A program made the translations under genes and the position numbers. This document shows positions 38,253-47,724 of a DNA stretch of 64,000 bases, in pieces. This DNA is from an uncultured Planctomycetia bacterium (GTDB taxonomy: Bacteria; Omnitrophota; Gorgyraeia; 2-02-FULL-51-18), in NCBI GenBank assembly GCA_964431835.1, contig CAYSKO010000001.1:137743-201742 (forward strand), given 5' to 3'. Within the stretch, counting starts at the first letter, position 1. Every line of letters begins with the position of its first letter. The notes under the pieces were generated by a model, which saw nothing but the letters and a program-made list of their open reading frames with translations, ran no database searches and was not told the DNA's origin.

Positions 38253-38405
38253 ATGAGCACTCTACTTCTGGTTCTTCTCGTGCTTCTTCTGATCGGCGCG
38301 CTTCCGACGTGGGGATACAGCAACGGTTGGGGATACTTCCCGAGCGGCTTTTTCGGGGTTATCCTCATCGTCCTGGTCGTCCTCGCGGCTACCGGGCGCA
38401 TCTGA
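38253..38405 (+). CDS. DUF3309 family small membrane protein (50 aa, absent from the ORF track)
   Basis: MSTLLLVLLVLLLIGALPTWGYSNGWGYFPSGFFGVILIVLVVLAATGRI*; AGGAGG SD. Confidence 0.85.
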   Translation: MSTLLLVLLVLLLIGALPTWGYSNGWGYFPSGFFGVILIVLVVLAATGRI

Positions 38406-38454
38406 TCGAAGGAAATACGTCCGCCGGGGCCGAACGCTCCGGCGGACGAGTTTC

Positions 38455-39540
38455 ATGTCCGCCCCTCTAAAGACCGCCGCGATCGTTGCGGCGGTTTCGT
38501 TTGTTACTCTTCTGGTTCTCGCCGCGGCGCTTCTGGCCGTCGAAGGCTACCCGGCGATGGCGTCCGTCGTCCGGGAATGGTCTGCACCGCGCCCCTCGGC
38601 CGAACGCCTGCACACCGGGTTCGATCCCGATCTCGGATGGATCAATCTTCCGAACCTGCGCTTGAAGGATCTGTACGCCCCGGGTGCTTCGCTTTCCACG
38701 AACGCGCGCGGCTTCCGCGGGCTCCGGGAAACCTCCGACCGCCCGTCCCCCCGAAAGTTTCGCGTGATTTGTTCCGGCGATTCGTTCACGCTCGGCTACG
38801 GCGTCGACGACGCAGAAACCTGGCCCGCGGCGCTTGAGCGACTGGAACCGCGCGTGGACACCGTGAATCTGGGGCTCGGCGGCTACGGCGTCGATCAGTC
38901 GTACCTGCGCTTTCGCCGCGACGCCGCCCCACTCCAACACGACCTGCACGTTCTGGCTTTCATCTACGCCGATTTCGAGCGCATGAAAAGCCGCCAGTTC
39001 TTCGGCTATTCGAAGCCGCACTTGAGCGTCGAGCACGGCCGCTTGCGCGTCGAGCCTCCGCTGGTTTCCGATGGGGAGCCCGGGCCGCCGTCCCGTCTTT
39101 CGCGGATGCTCGTGGCGTTGCACCGGCTGGAAACCGTCCGGTTCTTCGAGAGCTTCGCGCGTCGCCACGTGCTCTCCGCCGACGACGCGGAGGTTCGGGC
39201 CGTGGCGCTGGCCATCTTCGAGGAGCTCGACCGCGAAAGCCGCCACCGGGGCGGCCGCTTCGTGGCCGTGTACCTGCCGACGCTCATGGACGAGGATCCG
39301 ACCCGGCTCGACGGGCTCCGGGCCTTCCTCACACGGGAACTCGGCAATCGCGGAATCCCGTTTATCGATTTGACGACGGAGTTCCGCCGTCTTCCCGGAA
39401 AACGGCTTGAAAGCCTTTTCATCGACGGCCGAGATTCCAAGTTCCTGGGCGCCGACGGCCATTACACTCCCGCCGGAAACCGCCTCGTCGCGCGGCTCCT
39501 CCGCGACCGTCTGCCTCTCCCAAAGAAGCGCCCCGCTTAA
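38455..39540 (+). CDS. Membrane-anchored SGNH/GDSL hydrolase
   Basis: GDSFTLG, NLGLGGYG, DGHYT motifs. Confidence 0.82.
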   Translation: MSAPLKTAAIVAAVSFVTLLVLAAALLAVEGYPAMASVVREWSAPRPSAERLHTGFDPDLGWINLPNLRLKDLYAPGASLSTNARGFRGLRETSDRPSPRKFRVICSGDSFTLGYGVDDAETWPAALERLEPRVDTVNLGLGGYGVDQSYLRFRRDAAPLQHDLHVLAFIYADFERMKSRQFFGYSKPHLSVEHGRLRVEPPLVSDGEPGPPSRLSRMLVALHRLETVRFFESFARRHVLSADDAEVRAVALAIFEELDRESRHRGGRFVAVYLPTLMDEDPTRLDGLRAFLTRELGNRGIPFIDLTTEFRRLPGKRLESLFIDGRDSKFLGADGHYTPAGNRLVARLLRDRLPLPKKRPA

Positions 39541-39551
39541 AATCTTCTAAC
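39536..39551 (+). promoter_or_regulatory. Partial TAA-box (inverted pair only)
   Basis: CTTAA-AATCTT-CTAAC; the first TAA is the SGNH stop codon. Confidence 0.4.
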
Positions 39552-39647
39552 GCGCGCGAACGCGTGGCGCGGCAGTTGGAGGAAATCCAAAAAACGCACA
39601 CCGCGATGAGCCAGCTCCAGAGCGAACTTAAACGCTAGAAAACCCCC

Positions 39648-39676
39648 TTGTATTTTGAACGAACGTTCAATATAAT
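39648..39676 (+). promoter_or_regulatory. Sigma70 promoter with a LexA-type SOS box in the spacer
   Basis: TTGTAT-17-TATAAT; palindrome TTGAAC-GAAC-GTTCAA at 39655-39670. Confidence 0.8.
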
Positions 39677-39682
39677 GGAAGC

Positions 39683-40747
39683 ATGGTCCTCCAGAACAAA
39701 CCCCTCAGAGGCCGCGGAGCCGCGGAAAACCCTAAAAACCGTTTCGTGGAGTCGTCTTTCGAGCGGGACGACGAAGCCTGGGAGGACCCCGAGGCGCCCT
39801 CTCCGCAGACCCGTTTCTTCGAGAGCAAGGCGCGCACGGCCGTCACGTTCAACGACAGTCCCGACGTGGGACCTGGCGCAACCCTCAATCCTTACCGAGG
39901 ATGCGAGCACGGTTGCATCTATTGCTACGCACGGCCCACGCACGAGTACTTCGGTTTTTCGGGCGGACTGGATTTCGAAACGAAAATTCTCATGAAGCCG
40001 GATCTTCCCGAGACGCTCCGGAAAGAGCTTTCGTCGAAACGGTGGAAGCCGCAGACGATCGCGATGAGCGGCGTCACCGACTGCTACCAGCCCGCCGAGC
40101 GGCAATTCGGCCTCACGCGCCGCTGTTTGGAAGTGCTCGCCGAATTTCGGAATCCGGTCGTCGTCGTCACGAAGAATTTCCTCGTGACGCGCGACGCCGA
40201 TCATTTGGCGGCCTTGGCCGTCCACCGCGCGTCCCTCGTCGTCCTTTCCGTCACGACCCTCGACCCGGACTTAAGCCGCGTCATGGAACCGCGTGCGTCT
40301 CATCCCAAAAAAAGGCTAGAAGCGATCGAGGCGCTCACTCGCGCGGGAATTCCGGTGACCGTGAACATCGCACCCGTGATTCCGGGGCTCACGGATCACG
40401 AGATCCCCGCGATTCTCGCCGCGACGCGGGCGGCCGGAGCGCTTTCGGCCTCGTTTATTCCCGTGCGGCTGCCGCACGGCAACGCCGCTTTGTTCGAGGA
40501 GTGGCTGGGCCGCCACTTTCCCGGCCGTAAGGATAAGATCCTCAACCGCATCCGCGAAATGCGCGGGGGAAAGCTCAACGACGCGCGTTTCGGTTCCCGG
40601 ATGTCGGGGGAGGGGCTTTTCGCGGATCAAATGGCGAGTCTGTTCGACGTCGCTTACCGGAAGGCCGGTTTTCCGGAGGAAGGTCCGCGGCTGTCGGTGG
40701 CCGCGTTCCGGCGGCCCTCTCCACCGGACCTCTTTCCCGGGTTTTGA
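39683..40747 (+). CDS. PA0069/SplB-like radical SAM DNA-repair protein
   Basis: NPYRGCEHGCIYCYARPTHEY, TDCYQPAE, APVIPGLTDHE. Confidence 0.9.
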   Translation: MVLQNKPLRGRGAAENPKNRFVESSFERDDEAWEDPEAPSPQTRFFESKARTAVTFNDSPDVGPGATLNPYRGCEHGCIYCYARPTHEYFGFSGGLDFETKILMKPDLPETLRKELSSKRWKPQTIAMSGVTDCYQPAERQFGLTRRCLEVLAEFRNPVVVVTKNFLVTRDADHLAALAVHRASLVVLSVTTLDPDLSRVMEPRASHPKKRLEAIEALTRAGIPVTVNIAPVIPGLTDHEIPAILAATRAAGALSASFIPVRLPHGNAALFEEWLGRHFPGRKDKILNRIREMRGGKLNDARFGSRMSGEGLFADQMASLFDVAYRKAGFPEEGPRLSVAAFRRPSPPDLFPGF

Positions 40748-40801
40748 TTAAAAAAAATTAATCCAAAATTAAGCTCTCCTTAATCGCTCCGGGAGTATGC
40801 T
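40747..40801 (+). promoter_or_regulatory. Periodic TAA-box promoter, complete
   Basis: TAA at 40749/40759/40770/40781; TATGCT at 40796. Confidence 0.8.
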
Positions 40802-40820
40802 GTCGAGAGGAGGTCCAAGA

Positions 40821-41921
40821 ATGACGAGAGCCTCGCTCGGCGAAGCTAAAAGCTTCTTCGCCGCCATGTTCAAGGAATTCATGGCCGACAAATGCTTCCA
40901 TTTGTCGGCTGCGCTCTCGTATTACACGCTATTCTCGCTCGCGCCGTTTCTGATCCTCGTGATCGCGGTGGCGGGCCTTTTTTTCGGCCGTGAAGCGGTG
41001 ACCGGTGAGATCTTTCAACAGCTGCGCGGGCTGATCGGCGCCGAGGGAGCCGCCGCGATCCAGGAGATGATCGAGAAGGCGGGCGCTCCCAAGGCGGGGC
41101 GGTGGGCCGCGGCGCTCGGAGCGGGAACCCTTCTTTTGGGCGCGACCACCGTCTTCATTCAGCTCCAAGACGCGCTGAACATGATTTGGAGCGTCAAGGC
41201 GAAGCCGAAGCGCGGAATTTTCAAGATGGTGCGGGACCGACTCCTATCCTTCGGGATGATCCTCGGGGTGGGTTTTCTGCTGCTCGTTTCTCTCGCCGCC
41301 CACGGGCTTATCACCATTCTTTCGCGCTGGCTCGAGCACGCGCTCCCGTATTTTCCGGTCGCGGTAGTCCGCGCGATAGAAATCGCCGTCTCGTTCGGCA
41401 TGACGGGTCTTCTCTTCGCGATGCTTTTCAAGTTCCTTCCCGACGCGAAAGTGCGCTGGCGCGACACATGGATCGGCGCGTTCGCGACGGCCGGACTTTT
41501 TTCAGCAGGCAAGGTGATGATCGGCCTTTACCTGGGTCAAAGCAACCTCGCTTCGACGTACGGGGCCGCCGCCGCCATCGTCCTGGTCATCCTTTGGGTG
41601 AATTACTCCTCGCTGATCCTTTTTTTCGGCGCCGAATTTACGCAGGTCTGGGCTTGCCGCTACGGCACCGAGATCGTTCCCCGCGATTACGCGGTCCGCG
41701 TGAAAAAGCTCGAGGAAGTCGTCGAAGCCGGGCCGGACGCCGAACTGACCCCGCCGCCGCCGTCCCCGCCGCCGCGCCGCACAGGCTTCCGGGACCCGGA
41801 GCTCGACCGGAAAATTGTCCGCTCGGCGATGGAGCTTGCGGCGCTTTCCGCGTTGTCCCGCGTTCTCCTTCGATGGAAAGAACGCCGCGAACGAAAACGC
41901 GGCGGACGTTCGGCCGCGTGA
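40821..41921 (+). CDS. YihY/BrkB family membrane protein
   Basis: SAALSYYTLFSLAP, YGAAAAIVLVILWVNYSSLILFFGAEF; GGAGG SD. Confidence 0.9.
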   Translation: MTRASLGEAKSFFAAMFKEFMADKCFHLSAALSYYTLFSLAPFLILVIAVAGLFFGREAVTGEIFQQLRGLIGAEGAAAIQEMIEKAGAPKAGRWAAALGAGTLLLGATTVFIQLQDALNMIWSVKAKPKRGIFKMVRDRLLSFGMILGVGFLLLVSLAAHGLITILSRWLEHALPYFPVAVVRAIEIAVSFGMTGLLFAMLFKFLPDAKVRWRDTWIGAFATAGLFSAGKVMIGLYLGQSNLASTYGAAAAIVLVILWVNYSSLILFFGAEFTQVWACRYGTEIVPRDYAVRVKKLEEVVEAGPDAELTPPPPSPPPRRTGFRDPELDRKIVRSAMELAALSALSRVLLRWKERRERKRGGRSAA

Positions 41922-42844
41922 AGCGGCCCCTGGGCGACGCCGTCTGGGACGTGATCGTGGTGGGCGGGGGTCCTGCGGGTCTTTCCGCAGCGCTCATTCT
42001 CGGCCGCTGCCGCCGGCGCGTCTTGGTTCTCGACTCCGGCGAATACCGGAACGCGGCGATCCACGCCATGCACGGTTTCCTCTCGCGCGACGGAATCGAC
42101 CCCGCAGAACTCCGCCGGACCGCCCGCGAGCAGCTAGCCGCCTATGACGGCGTCGAGCTTCGAAGCGTCGAAGCCGTCGACGCAGAGATGCAGGGAGGAC
42201 ACTTCGACGTCTCGCTCGCGGACGGATCGACCGAGCGGACGCGAAAACTCCTTCTGGCGACCGGGATGAGCGATGAGCTTCCGCCCATCCCGGGAATCCG
42301 CGCGTTTTACGGAACGAGCGTTTTCCATTGTCCGTACTGCGACGGTTGGGAGGCGCGCGACCGCCCGGTTTCCGTGTACGGCTGCGGAGAGAAGGGCGTT
42401 TCCTTCGCGCAGACCCTCTCTTTTTGGACGAGGGATCTCACGCTCGTCACCGACGGCGGCGAGCCGCCGGACGACGCGGGCCTAAAAAAATTGGCCGCCC
42501 GTGGGATCGCCCTGAAAACGGAGCCGATCGAGCGTCTCGTCGGCGACGCCGGACGTCTCCAATCGCTCCTCTTCAGCGACGGTTCGCGTCTCGAGAGCGA
42601 GTTCCTCTTTTTTTGCACCGGGAAATGGCAGCGCTCGGGTCTGCCCGAAAAGCTCGGCTGCAAATTCCTGCCCGGCGGCGACGTCGCGACGCGTCGCGAC
42701 CAATCGGCGCGTCAGCCCGGATTGTTCGTGGCCGGCGACGCCGCGGAGGATCTCAAGCTCGCGATTGTCGCCGCCGCCGAAGGCGCGAAGGCTGCCTTTT
42801 CCGTCCATTCCGAGCTCATGAACGAGGATCTGGGGGAAGCCTGA
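41918..42844 (+). CDS. Thioredoxin-reductase-like NAD(P)/FAD oxidoreductase
   Basis: GGGPAG, LATG, HCPYCDG, AGDA motifs. Confidence 0.88.
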   Translation: MKRPLGDAVWDVIVVGGGPAGLSAALILGRCRRRVLVLDSGEYRNAAIHAMHGFLSRDGIDPAELRRTAREQLAAYDGVELRSVEAVDAEMQGGHFDVSLADGSTERTRKLLLATGMSDELPPIPGIRAFYGTSVFHCPYCDGWEARDRPVSVYGCGEKGVSFAQTLSFWTRDLTLVTDGGEPPDDAGLKKLAARGIALKTEPIERLVGDAGRLQSLLFSDGSRLESEFLFFCTGKWQRSGLPEKLGCKFLPGGDVATRRDQSARQPGLFVAGDAAEDLKLAIVAAAEGAKAAFSVHSELMNEDLGEA

Positions 42845-42900
42845 TACCCGAACTGCCCTCGCTGCCAAAAGCCCTGACGGGTGGTACAATGGCGGTCCCT

Positions 42901-44379
42901 ATGGAAAAGACGCTTCCTCCCAAGATGCCCAATCCTTTCGCCCCGCGTACGTACGGCGAGCTCCAGCGCGTGTCCGAACGCGTGTGGATCGTCCGCAACA
43001 TCACGAATTCCTCTTTCGTCGTGGGGGACCGGGGCGTCGCGGTGATCGACACGCAGGTGAACAAAGCCTCGGCCGAGCGCCTGGCGGCGTTCGTCAAGGA
43101 AGTCACCGACAAGCCGGTTCTTTACGTGGTGAACACGCACTACCATTGGGACCACACGAACGGGAACGCCCTTTTCAAGAAACAGGGGGCCGCGGTCGTC
43201 TCCTCGAAGCTCACGAAGGAGTTCATGACCGTGCGCGCACCGCGTCAGAAGGAATTTCTCGCCGGCCGCGGCTTCGAGCTGGGGAACGACCCTCTCCTTC
43301 CCGACGAAACGTTCGAAGGCGAGACCACGCTCGACTTGGGCGGCGTGACGCTGCGGCTTTTCTTCGCGGGGAAAGCCGAATCCGACGATGCGACCGCCGT
43401 GTGGGTCGACCCCGATCGCGTACTCATGGCGGGCGATACCATTATGACGGGGAGTTTTCCGATTTTCGGCCAGCCCGTCTGGGACGAGGGGCTCCAGGGC
43501 GACGGCGCATGGCAGGAGGCGGTCCGTCGCTTGTCGGCGCTCGACCCTTCGCGAATCGTTCCCGGGCACGGCCCTCTCGCTACGAAAGAAGACGTAAATA
43601 GGCTTCTCGAGATCGAAGATTACTTCTGTGCGGAAGTCGCCGCGTGCGTGAAGAAAGGCCTTTCGCTCGAGCGGACGATCGCCGAGCTCGAGCCGCGGCT
43701 TCCCGCGTGGATGCGCGGAATTCCGGTGGTTTGGGGCTCACCGCGGTATGCGATCCTGCGCGTCTGGCGCGGGCTGACACGCCCGTCCGCCGACGCGGAG
43801 CCCGGCTGGCAGAAGATGAAGCCGAGCGCCGTCCCGTCCGCGCCGGAAGCCACGGTCGCTTCGAAAACGGCAAACGCCCGTGAGCTCGGCGATTATTCGC
43901 GGATGGCCGAAGAGGCGGGTGAAGGCGGAGACGCGGGGCTCAAACTCGCGCTCCTCGAGAAAGCCGCGGACGCAAGCGGCCGCGCGCCGGAGGCGCTCTG
44001 CGCGTGGGCCGAGGCGCTCATCGACGAATCGCGCCGGGAGCCATCGGTTCTCGAGAAAGGCGATTTCTTTTCGCGCGCCCGTGCGCTTTGGGACGAGGCC
44101 CTCGCGCGCCGTACCGATCATGGCGGCGCGCTCCTGGGGAAGGGTCGCTACCTCACGATGATGGCGTTCCGCGGCGGCGACGATCCTTCGGAAGGCATGC
44201 GGTTCCTCGAAAAAGCCGCGGCTCTTTCAGAGGCGGGCCGCCCGCGCGCGGAGGCGGAATTTTATCTCGGGATCGGTTTCCGGCGGCTCGGCGACGAGTC
44301 TCAGGCTCGCGAGCGTTTCCGAAGAGCGCTCGCGTTCGATCCTTCCTTCGTACCGGCGGCGCTCGCGTCGCAATCCTGA
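42901..44379 (+). CDS. MBL-fold metallo-hydrolase with C-terminal TPR region
   Basis: THYHWDH, AGDT, PGHG motifs; TPR-like helices. Confidence 0.82.
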   Translation: MEKTLPPKMPNPFAPRTYGELQRVSERVWIVRNITNSSFVVGDRGVAVIDTQVNKASAERLAAFVKEVTDKPVLYVVNTHYHWDHTNGNALFKKQGAAVVSSKLTKEFMTVRAPRQKEFLAGRGFELGNDPLLPDETFEGETTLDLGGVTLRLFFAGKAESDDATAVWVDPDRVLMAGDTIMTGSFPIFGQPVWDEGLQGDGAWQEAVRRLSALDPSRIVPGHGPLATKEDVNRLLEIEDYFCAEVAACVKKGLSLERTIAELEPRLPAWMRGIPVVWGSPRYAILRVWRGLTRPSADAEPGWQKMKPSAVPSAPEATVASKTANARELGDYSRMAEEAGEGGDAGLKLALLEKAADASGRAPEALCAWAEALIDESRREPSVLEKGDFFSRARALWDEALARRTDHGGALLGKGRYLTMMAFRGGDDPSEGMRFLEKAAALSEAGRPRAEAEFYLGIGFRRLGDESQARERFRRALAFDPSFVPAALASQS

Positions 44380-44382
44380 TCA

Positions 44383-44437
44383 ATTAAAAATTTTTAATAA
44401 TATTCTAACCCGTCCTTAACGTCCTTTCGGTTATCCT
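44383..44437 (+). promoter_or_regulatory. Periodic TAA-box promoter, complete
   Basis: Perfect palindrome ATTAAAAATTTTTAAT; TAA at 44385/44395/44406/44417; TATCCT at 44432. Confidence 0.8.
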
Positions 44438-44595
44438 AACTCTCGTAAACCGAAAAGGAGCGTCCGTGAGAGAATCTCTCCGTTTTCGCGTTCCTGCCGT
44501 GAAGCCGCCGCGCCGGCCGCAATTCCCCGATTCGTTTTCTCTAGACAACGACGTTCGCGAACCCGGCTTCATACGGCCGGAGAAGGGAATGCCCC

Positions 44596-44886
44596 ATGCT
44601 GATGATCATGACCGTGGTTCCCGTAGGCAAAAAGGCGGCGCAGCGAGATCTCACTCAGGCGTTCGACATCCAAGACCCGGCGGGCCGCAGCGTGGAGGAA
44701 AGGCTCACCGCCGAAGGCGGGTTGGATGAAATCCTTCAGTTCGTAGCGCGCTGCCAGCACCGCTTCAGCGATGTGCTGGGAGAATCGGTCGTCTTCGTCA
44801 ATTTCCAGGAACCGGAGGACGGGGACGGCTGGCTCGTCCGCGAAGATCCGGAAACGCCGGACGAGTTCGCTCCCTCGCTCAACTGA
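44596..44886 (+). CDS. Hypothetical acidic protein (96 aa)
   Basis: Globular-looking composition; followed by a terminator. Confidence 0.5.
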   Translation: MLMIMTVVPVGKKAAQRDLTQAFDIQDPAGRSVEERLTAEGGLDEILQFVARCQHRFSDVLGESVVFVNFQEPEDGDGWLVREDPETPDEFAPSLN

Positions 44887-44927
44887 GGGGGCGCTTCCCT
44901 AACACCGCTTACAAAGCGCGTTACCCG

Positions 44928-44964
44928 GGCTACGACTCCCTCTCGGAGCCGTAGCCTTTTTTTT
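44928..44964 (+). terminator. Intrinsic terminator
   Basis: GGCTACGACTCC/GGAGCCGTAGCC stem + T8. Confidence 0.75.
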
Positions 44965-45055
44965 GGCCCCCTTTTTTCATTGTATCCGCCGCGAGGGAGG
45001 GGTATAAAGGGAGAACACCGCGCGAGACGGCGCACCTACTCTGGATGATAAAAAA

Positions 45056-45445
45056 ATGACGACGACCCGTAACGTGAAGCTTCTTTTGATCGAAGACGAC
45101 CAGGACGACGCGCTGCTTTTCGAAGAAACCCTCTCGAGCGTCGACGATTCGCTGAAAGTGAAGATGGAGTGGGTGGACAGTCTAGAGGAAGGCCTCGAAC
45201 GCATCGTGGGCGGCGGTTACGACGTGATCTTCCTGGATTTGTCGCTGCCGGGTACGCATGGGATCGACACTTTCCTCACACTACACAACCAGTACCCCAT
45301 TTTGCCGATCGTCATCCTCACGGGCTTCACGCACGACTCGTTCGCGGACGAAGCCCGGCGCCAGGGCGCCCACGATTATCTTGTCAAAGGCGACATCGAC
45401 GGCGACGCGCTGACCCGCGTGCTGACCTCCCTCTTCGAAGACTGA
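45056..45445 (+). CDS. Single-domain response regulator
   Basis: LLIEDD, LDLSLP, ILTG, DYLVK. Confidence 0.88.
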   Translation: MTTTRNVKLLLIEDDQDDALLFEETLSSVDDSLKVKMEWVDSLEEGLERIVGGGYDVIFLDLSLPGTHGIDTFLTLHNQYPILPIVILTGFTHDSFADEARRQGAHDYLVKGDIDGDALTRVLTSLFED

Positions 45446-45450
45446 CCGCG

Positions 45451-45505
45451 ATTAGAATTTTCTAATCGGATTCTAACCCGCCTTTAACTTCGCTTTTCGT
45501 ATACT
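45451..45505 (+). promoter_or_regulatory. Periodic TAA-box promoter, complete
   Basis: ATTAG-AATTTT-CTAAT; TA at 45453/45463/45474/45485; TATACT at 45500. Confidence 0.82.
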
Positions 45506-45555
45506 CTCCTCTAAATCGAGGTCCGCATTCGCGGGCCCTGAAAAAGGGGGGCACA

Positions 45556-46173
45556 ATGGTCACACGAAAGATCCAGCACGCCGCGTTCGCGGCATTCACC
45601 TTGGCCGCACTTCTTCCGTTCTCCGATCCCGCGCTGTCCTTTTGGAACGCGCGCATGGACGTATTGACGCCCGCTCCGGCTCCGCCGGTACCGATGCGCC
45701 TGTACGAGCCGCCCGCGCGACGAGCCATCTTGGTCGATGCCGACGGCCTCGCTCAAAAGACCGCGGACGGTATCTGGATGACCAAGCGCGACCGTAGCCG
45801 CGTATTGATCGAGGACCGGCGTGAAACCCGCCGCGGAATCCCGGTGTACGTGCATCCGGAATCTTCCCCCGTGCTCACCCGGGGAGACGGAAGCGCAGAG
45901 TACACAGCGGCGGAACGCCGTATCGACGTCACCGAACCCGCGGAAGCGCCCGTGTCGGACGAAGTTCTCGCCGCGCGTGTCCGCGAAGCGGTGACCGCCG
46001 AGGAGGCGCTTTATATCGCGGCGCTCAACGTGCGCATTGAAGCCTCCGCTGGGGTGATCACGCTCGCCGGCCGCGTCAATTCGGAAGCCGAGCGACTTGA
46101 AATCCTCGAGAAGGCGCGTCAAACGTCCGGCGTCGCCGGCGTGAACGACCGTCTCGAAACGGCCGCGCTCTAA
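45556..46173 (+). CDS. Secreted BON-domain (OsmY-like) protein
   Basis: D..LAARVREA...GVITLAGRV...GVAGVNDRL. Confidence 0.8.
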   Translation: MVTRKIQHAAFAAFTLAALLPFSDPALSFWNARMDVLTPAPAPPVPMRLYEPPARRAILVDADGLAQKTADGIWMTKRDRSRVLIEDRRETRRGIPVYVHPESSPVLTRGDGSAEYTAAERRIDVTEPAEAPVSDEVLAARVREAVTAEEALYIAALNVRIEASAGVITLAGRVNSEAERLEILEKARQTSGVAGVNDRLETAAL

Positions 46174-46185
46174 AGAAAGTTTGTG

Positions 46186-46221
46186 AAAGACCCGCTGGCT
46201 TTCGGGCTGGCGGGTCTTTTT
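46186..46221 (+). terminator. Intrinsic terminator
   Basis: AAAGACCCGC...GCGGGTCTTTTT. Confidence 0.8.
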
Positions 46222-46267
46222 GTGCGTGTGCGTTGACGCACGCGCACCGCGGCGCTAGGATGAATCC

Positions 46268-46579
46268 ATGCGCACCCGCACCCTCGTCCTCGCTTTTTTG
46301 GCCTTCGCCTCCTCGGTCTCGGCCGACGCCGAAAAACTCGCCGGCCGGCAGTGGAAAGGGCTCAGCGAACAGCGCCGGATATACTACGTCTTCGCGATGC
46401 GCGAGAAGCTCCAGGAGAAAGGAATCGTTTTCTCCGTTCCCGCAGGCGATTATCCCGAGATGATCTCCGCAACTCTCCGAAAAACCCCCGCTTTCCTCGA
46501 CCTCGACCTCGACGACGCTTTTCTAGAGACCGTCGCGACGGTCGAGCCCGGCGCCCGCGCCATCCTTAAAAAAAACTAA
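46268..46579 (+). CDS. Hypothetical secreted protein
   Basis: Signal peptide; TTGACG-17-TAGGAT promoter ending 6 nt before ATG. Confidence 0.65.
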   Translation: MRTRTLVLAFLAFASSVSADAEKLAGRQWKGLSEQRRIYYVFAMREKLQEKGIVFSVPAGDYPEMISATLRKTPAFLDLDLDDAFLETVATVEPGARAILKKN

Positions 46580-46619
46580 TCTGATTTTAACCGTTCTCTA
46601 AGGCCCCGTCGGCTAGACT
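46565..46619 (+). promoter_or_regulatory. Periodic TAA-box promoter, complete
   Basis: TAA at 46567/46577/46588/46599; TAGACT at 46614. Confidence 0.8.
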
Positions 46620-46649
46620 CTCTTTATTCCCTCGCCAATGGAGACCATC

Positions 46650-46769
46650 ATGAAAAAAGTAATGGTTGTCGACGACGTGGTCATCACCCGCGGTTTCTAC
46701 AAAGAGCTTCTTTCGCAGCAAGAATCCGCCGAGGACTCCTCTGCGGAAGAATCGATAGCCGGCCACTAA
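46650..46769 (+). CDS. 39-aa mini-protein resembling receiver-domain beta1-alpha1
   Basis: MKKVMVVDDVVITRGFYKELLSQQESAEDSSAEESIAGH*; GGAG SD. Confidence 0.6.
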   Translation: MKKVMVVDDVVITRGFYKELLSQQESAEDSSAEESIAGH

Positions 46770-46857
46770 GCCGGCATCGAAGGTACGATAACGGACGGCC
46801 TGCGGGTGCATCACCCGCAGGCCACGTTTTTTTCAACTTAAAACGGGAGACGTAAAA

Positions 46858-47724
46858 ATGAAATCCATGAAAATGACGGGCTGGCTCGTGGCAGCGGCAC
46901 TTTTGGCTTCTACTCCGGTGTGGGCCGAACCGACTGCCGCACAGGCGGACCGGATCAAGCAGGCTCAGCAGGACATCGACGGAATCGCGTCCAAGTCTAC
47001 GGACGACCGGCACGTGCAGGCACTGAAGGGCAAACTGAACGTGAACGACGAAGCGGTCACGCGTCTGCGTGAAAAGAATCAGTCGAAGGGTTGGGGCGAA
47101 ATCGCCGCACAGGCCGCAATGGCGAAGGAGCTCACCCGGTTCAATCCGGGCGCGTACGCCGACACGAACACCGCTCTCGGCGCGATCGAAGAACGCCGTG
47201 CGCAGGGAAAGAATTGGGATGAAATCGCGCGTGACATCGACGCCGCCCAGTTCGATCTCTCCAAGGTGGCTGATGACGTGAACGCCGTCCGCGACGAGTT
47301 CCGCAAAGCGGGTGAAGAGGGTGCTTCGCAGGCTTCGGCGAACGTCGACGGCGCCGCTCAGGAGCTTCGCCAGACCCAGCAGGACATCGACAGAACCGCT
47401 TCGACGCTCGCCTCGGACGAGGAACGCCAGCAAGCGATCGCCACGGCCGTCGGCGCGCCCGCCGAGGACGTGAAAGAAGTGCGTGAGGAGAACAAGAGCG
47501 AAGGTTGGGGCGAGGTCACCGTCCAGCTTGCGCTCGCCAAGGAAATGCACCAGTCGAAATCGGCCGAGTACGCGTCCATGCAGGCTGCGATGGACAAGGT
47601 CGAAGAGCTGCGTAACCAGGGCAAGCGTCTCGAAGAGATCGCCCGCGAACAGAGCATCGAGCTCCGCCCGGTCCTGGACATGGCCAACCGCGTCCGCGAC
47701 GCGTTCAAGACTCGCGCTGCTTAA
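46858..47724 (+). CDS. Secreted helical protein with an internal duplication
   Basis: Signal peptide; two QQDID...GWGE...AKE repeats; GGGAG SD. Confidence 0.75.
   Translation: MKSMKMTGWLVAAALLASTPVWAEPTAAQADRIKQAQQDIDGIASKSTDDRHVQALKGKLNVNDEAVTRLREKNQSKGWGEIAAQAAMAKELTRFNPGAYADTNTALGAIEERRAQGKNWDEIARDIDAAQFDLSKVADDVNAVRDEFRKAGEEGASQASANVDGAAQELRQTQQDIDRTASTLASDEERQQAIATAVGAPAEDVKEVREENKSEGWGEVTVQLALAKEMHQSKSAEYASMQAAMDKVEELRNQGKRLEEIAREQSIELRPVLDMANRVRDAFKTRAA

Noticed and set aside
41102-42900. Long upstream extensions of the 580-aa and 683-aa ORFs
   Set aside because: Shadow frames over yihY and the reductase; plausible starts are 41918 and 42901.
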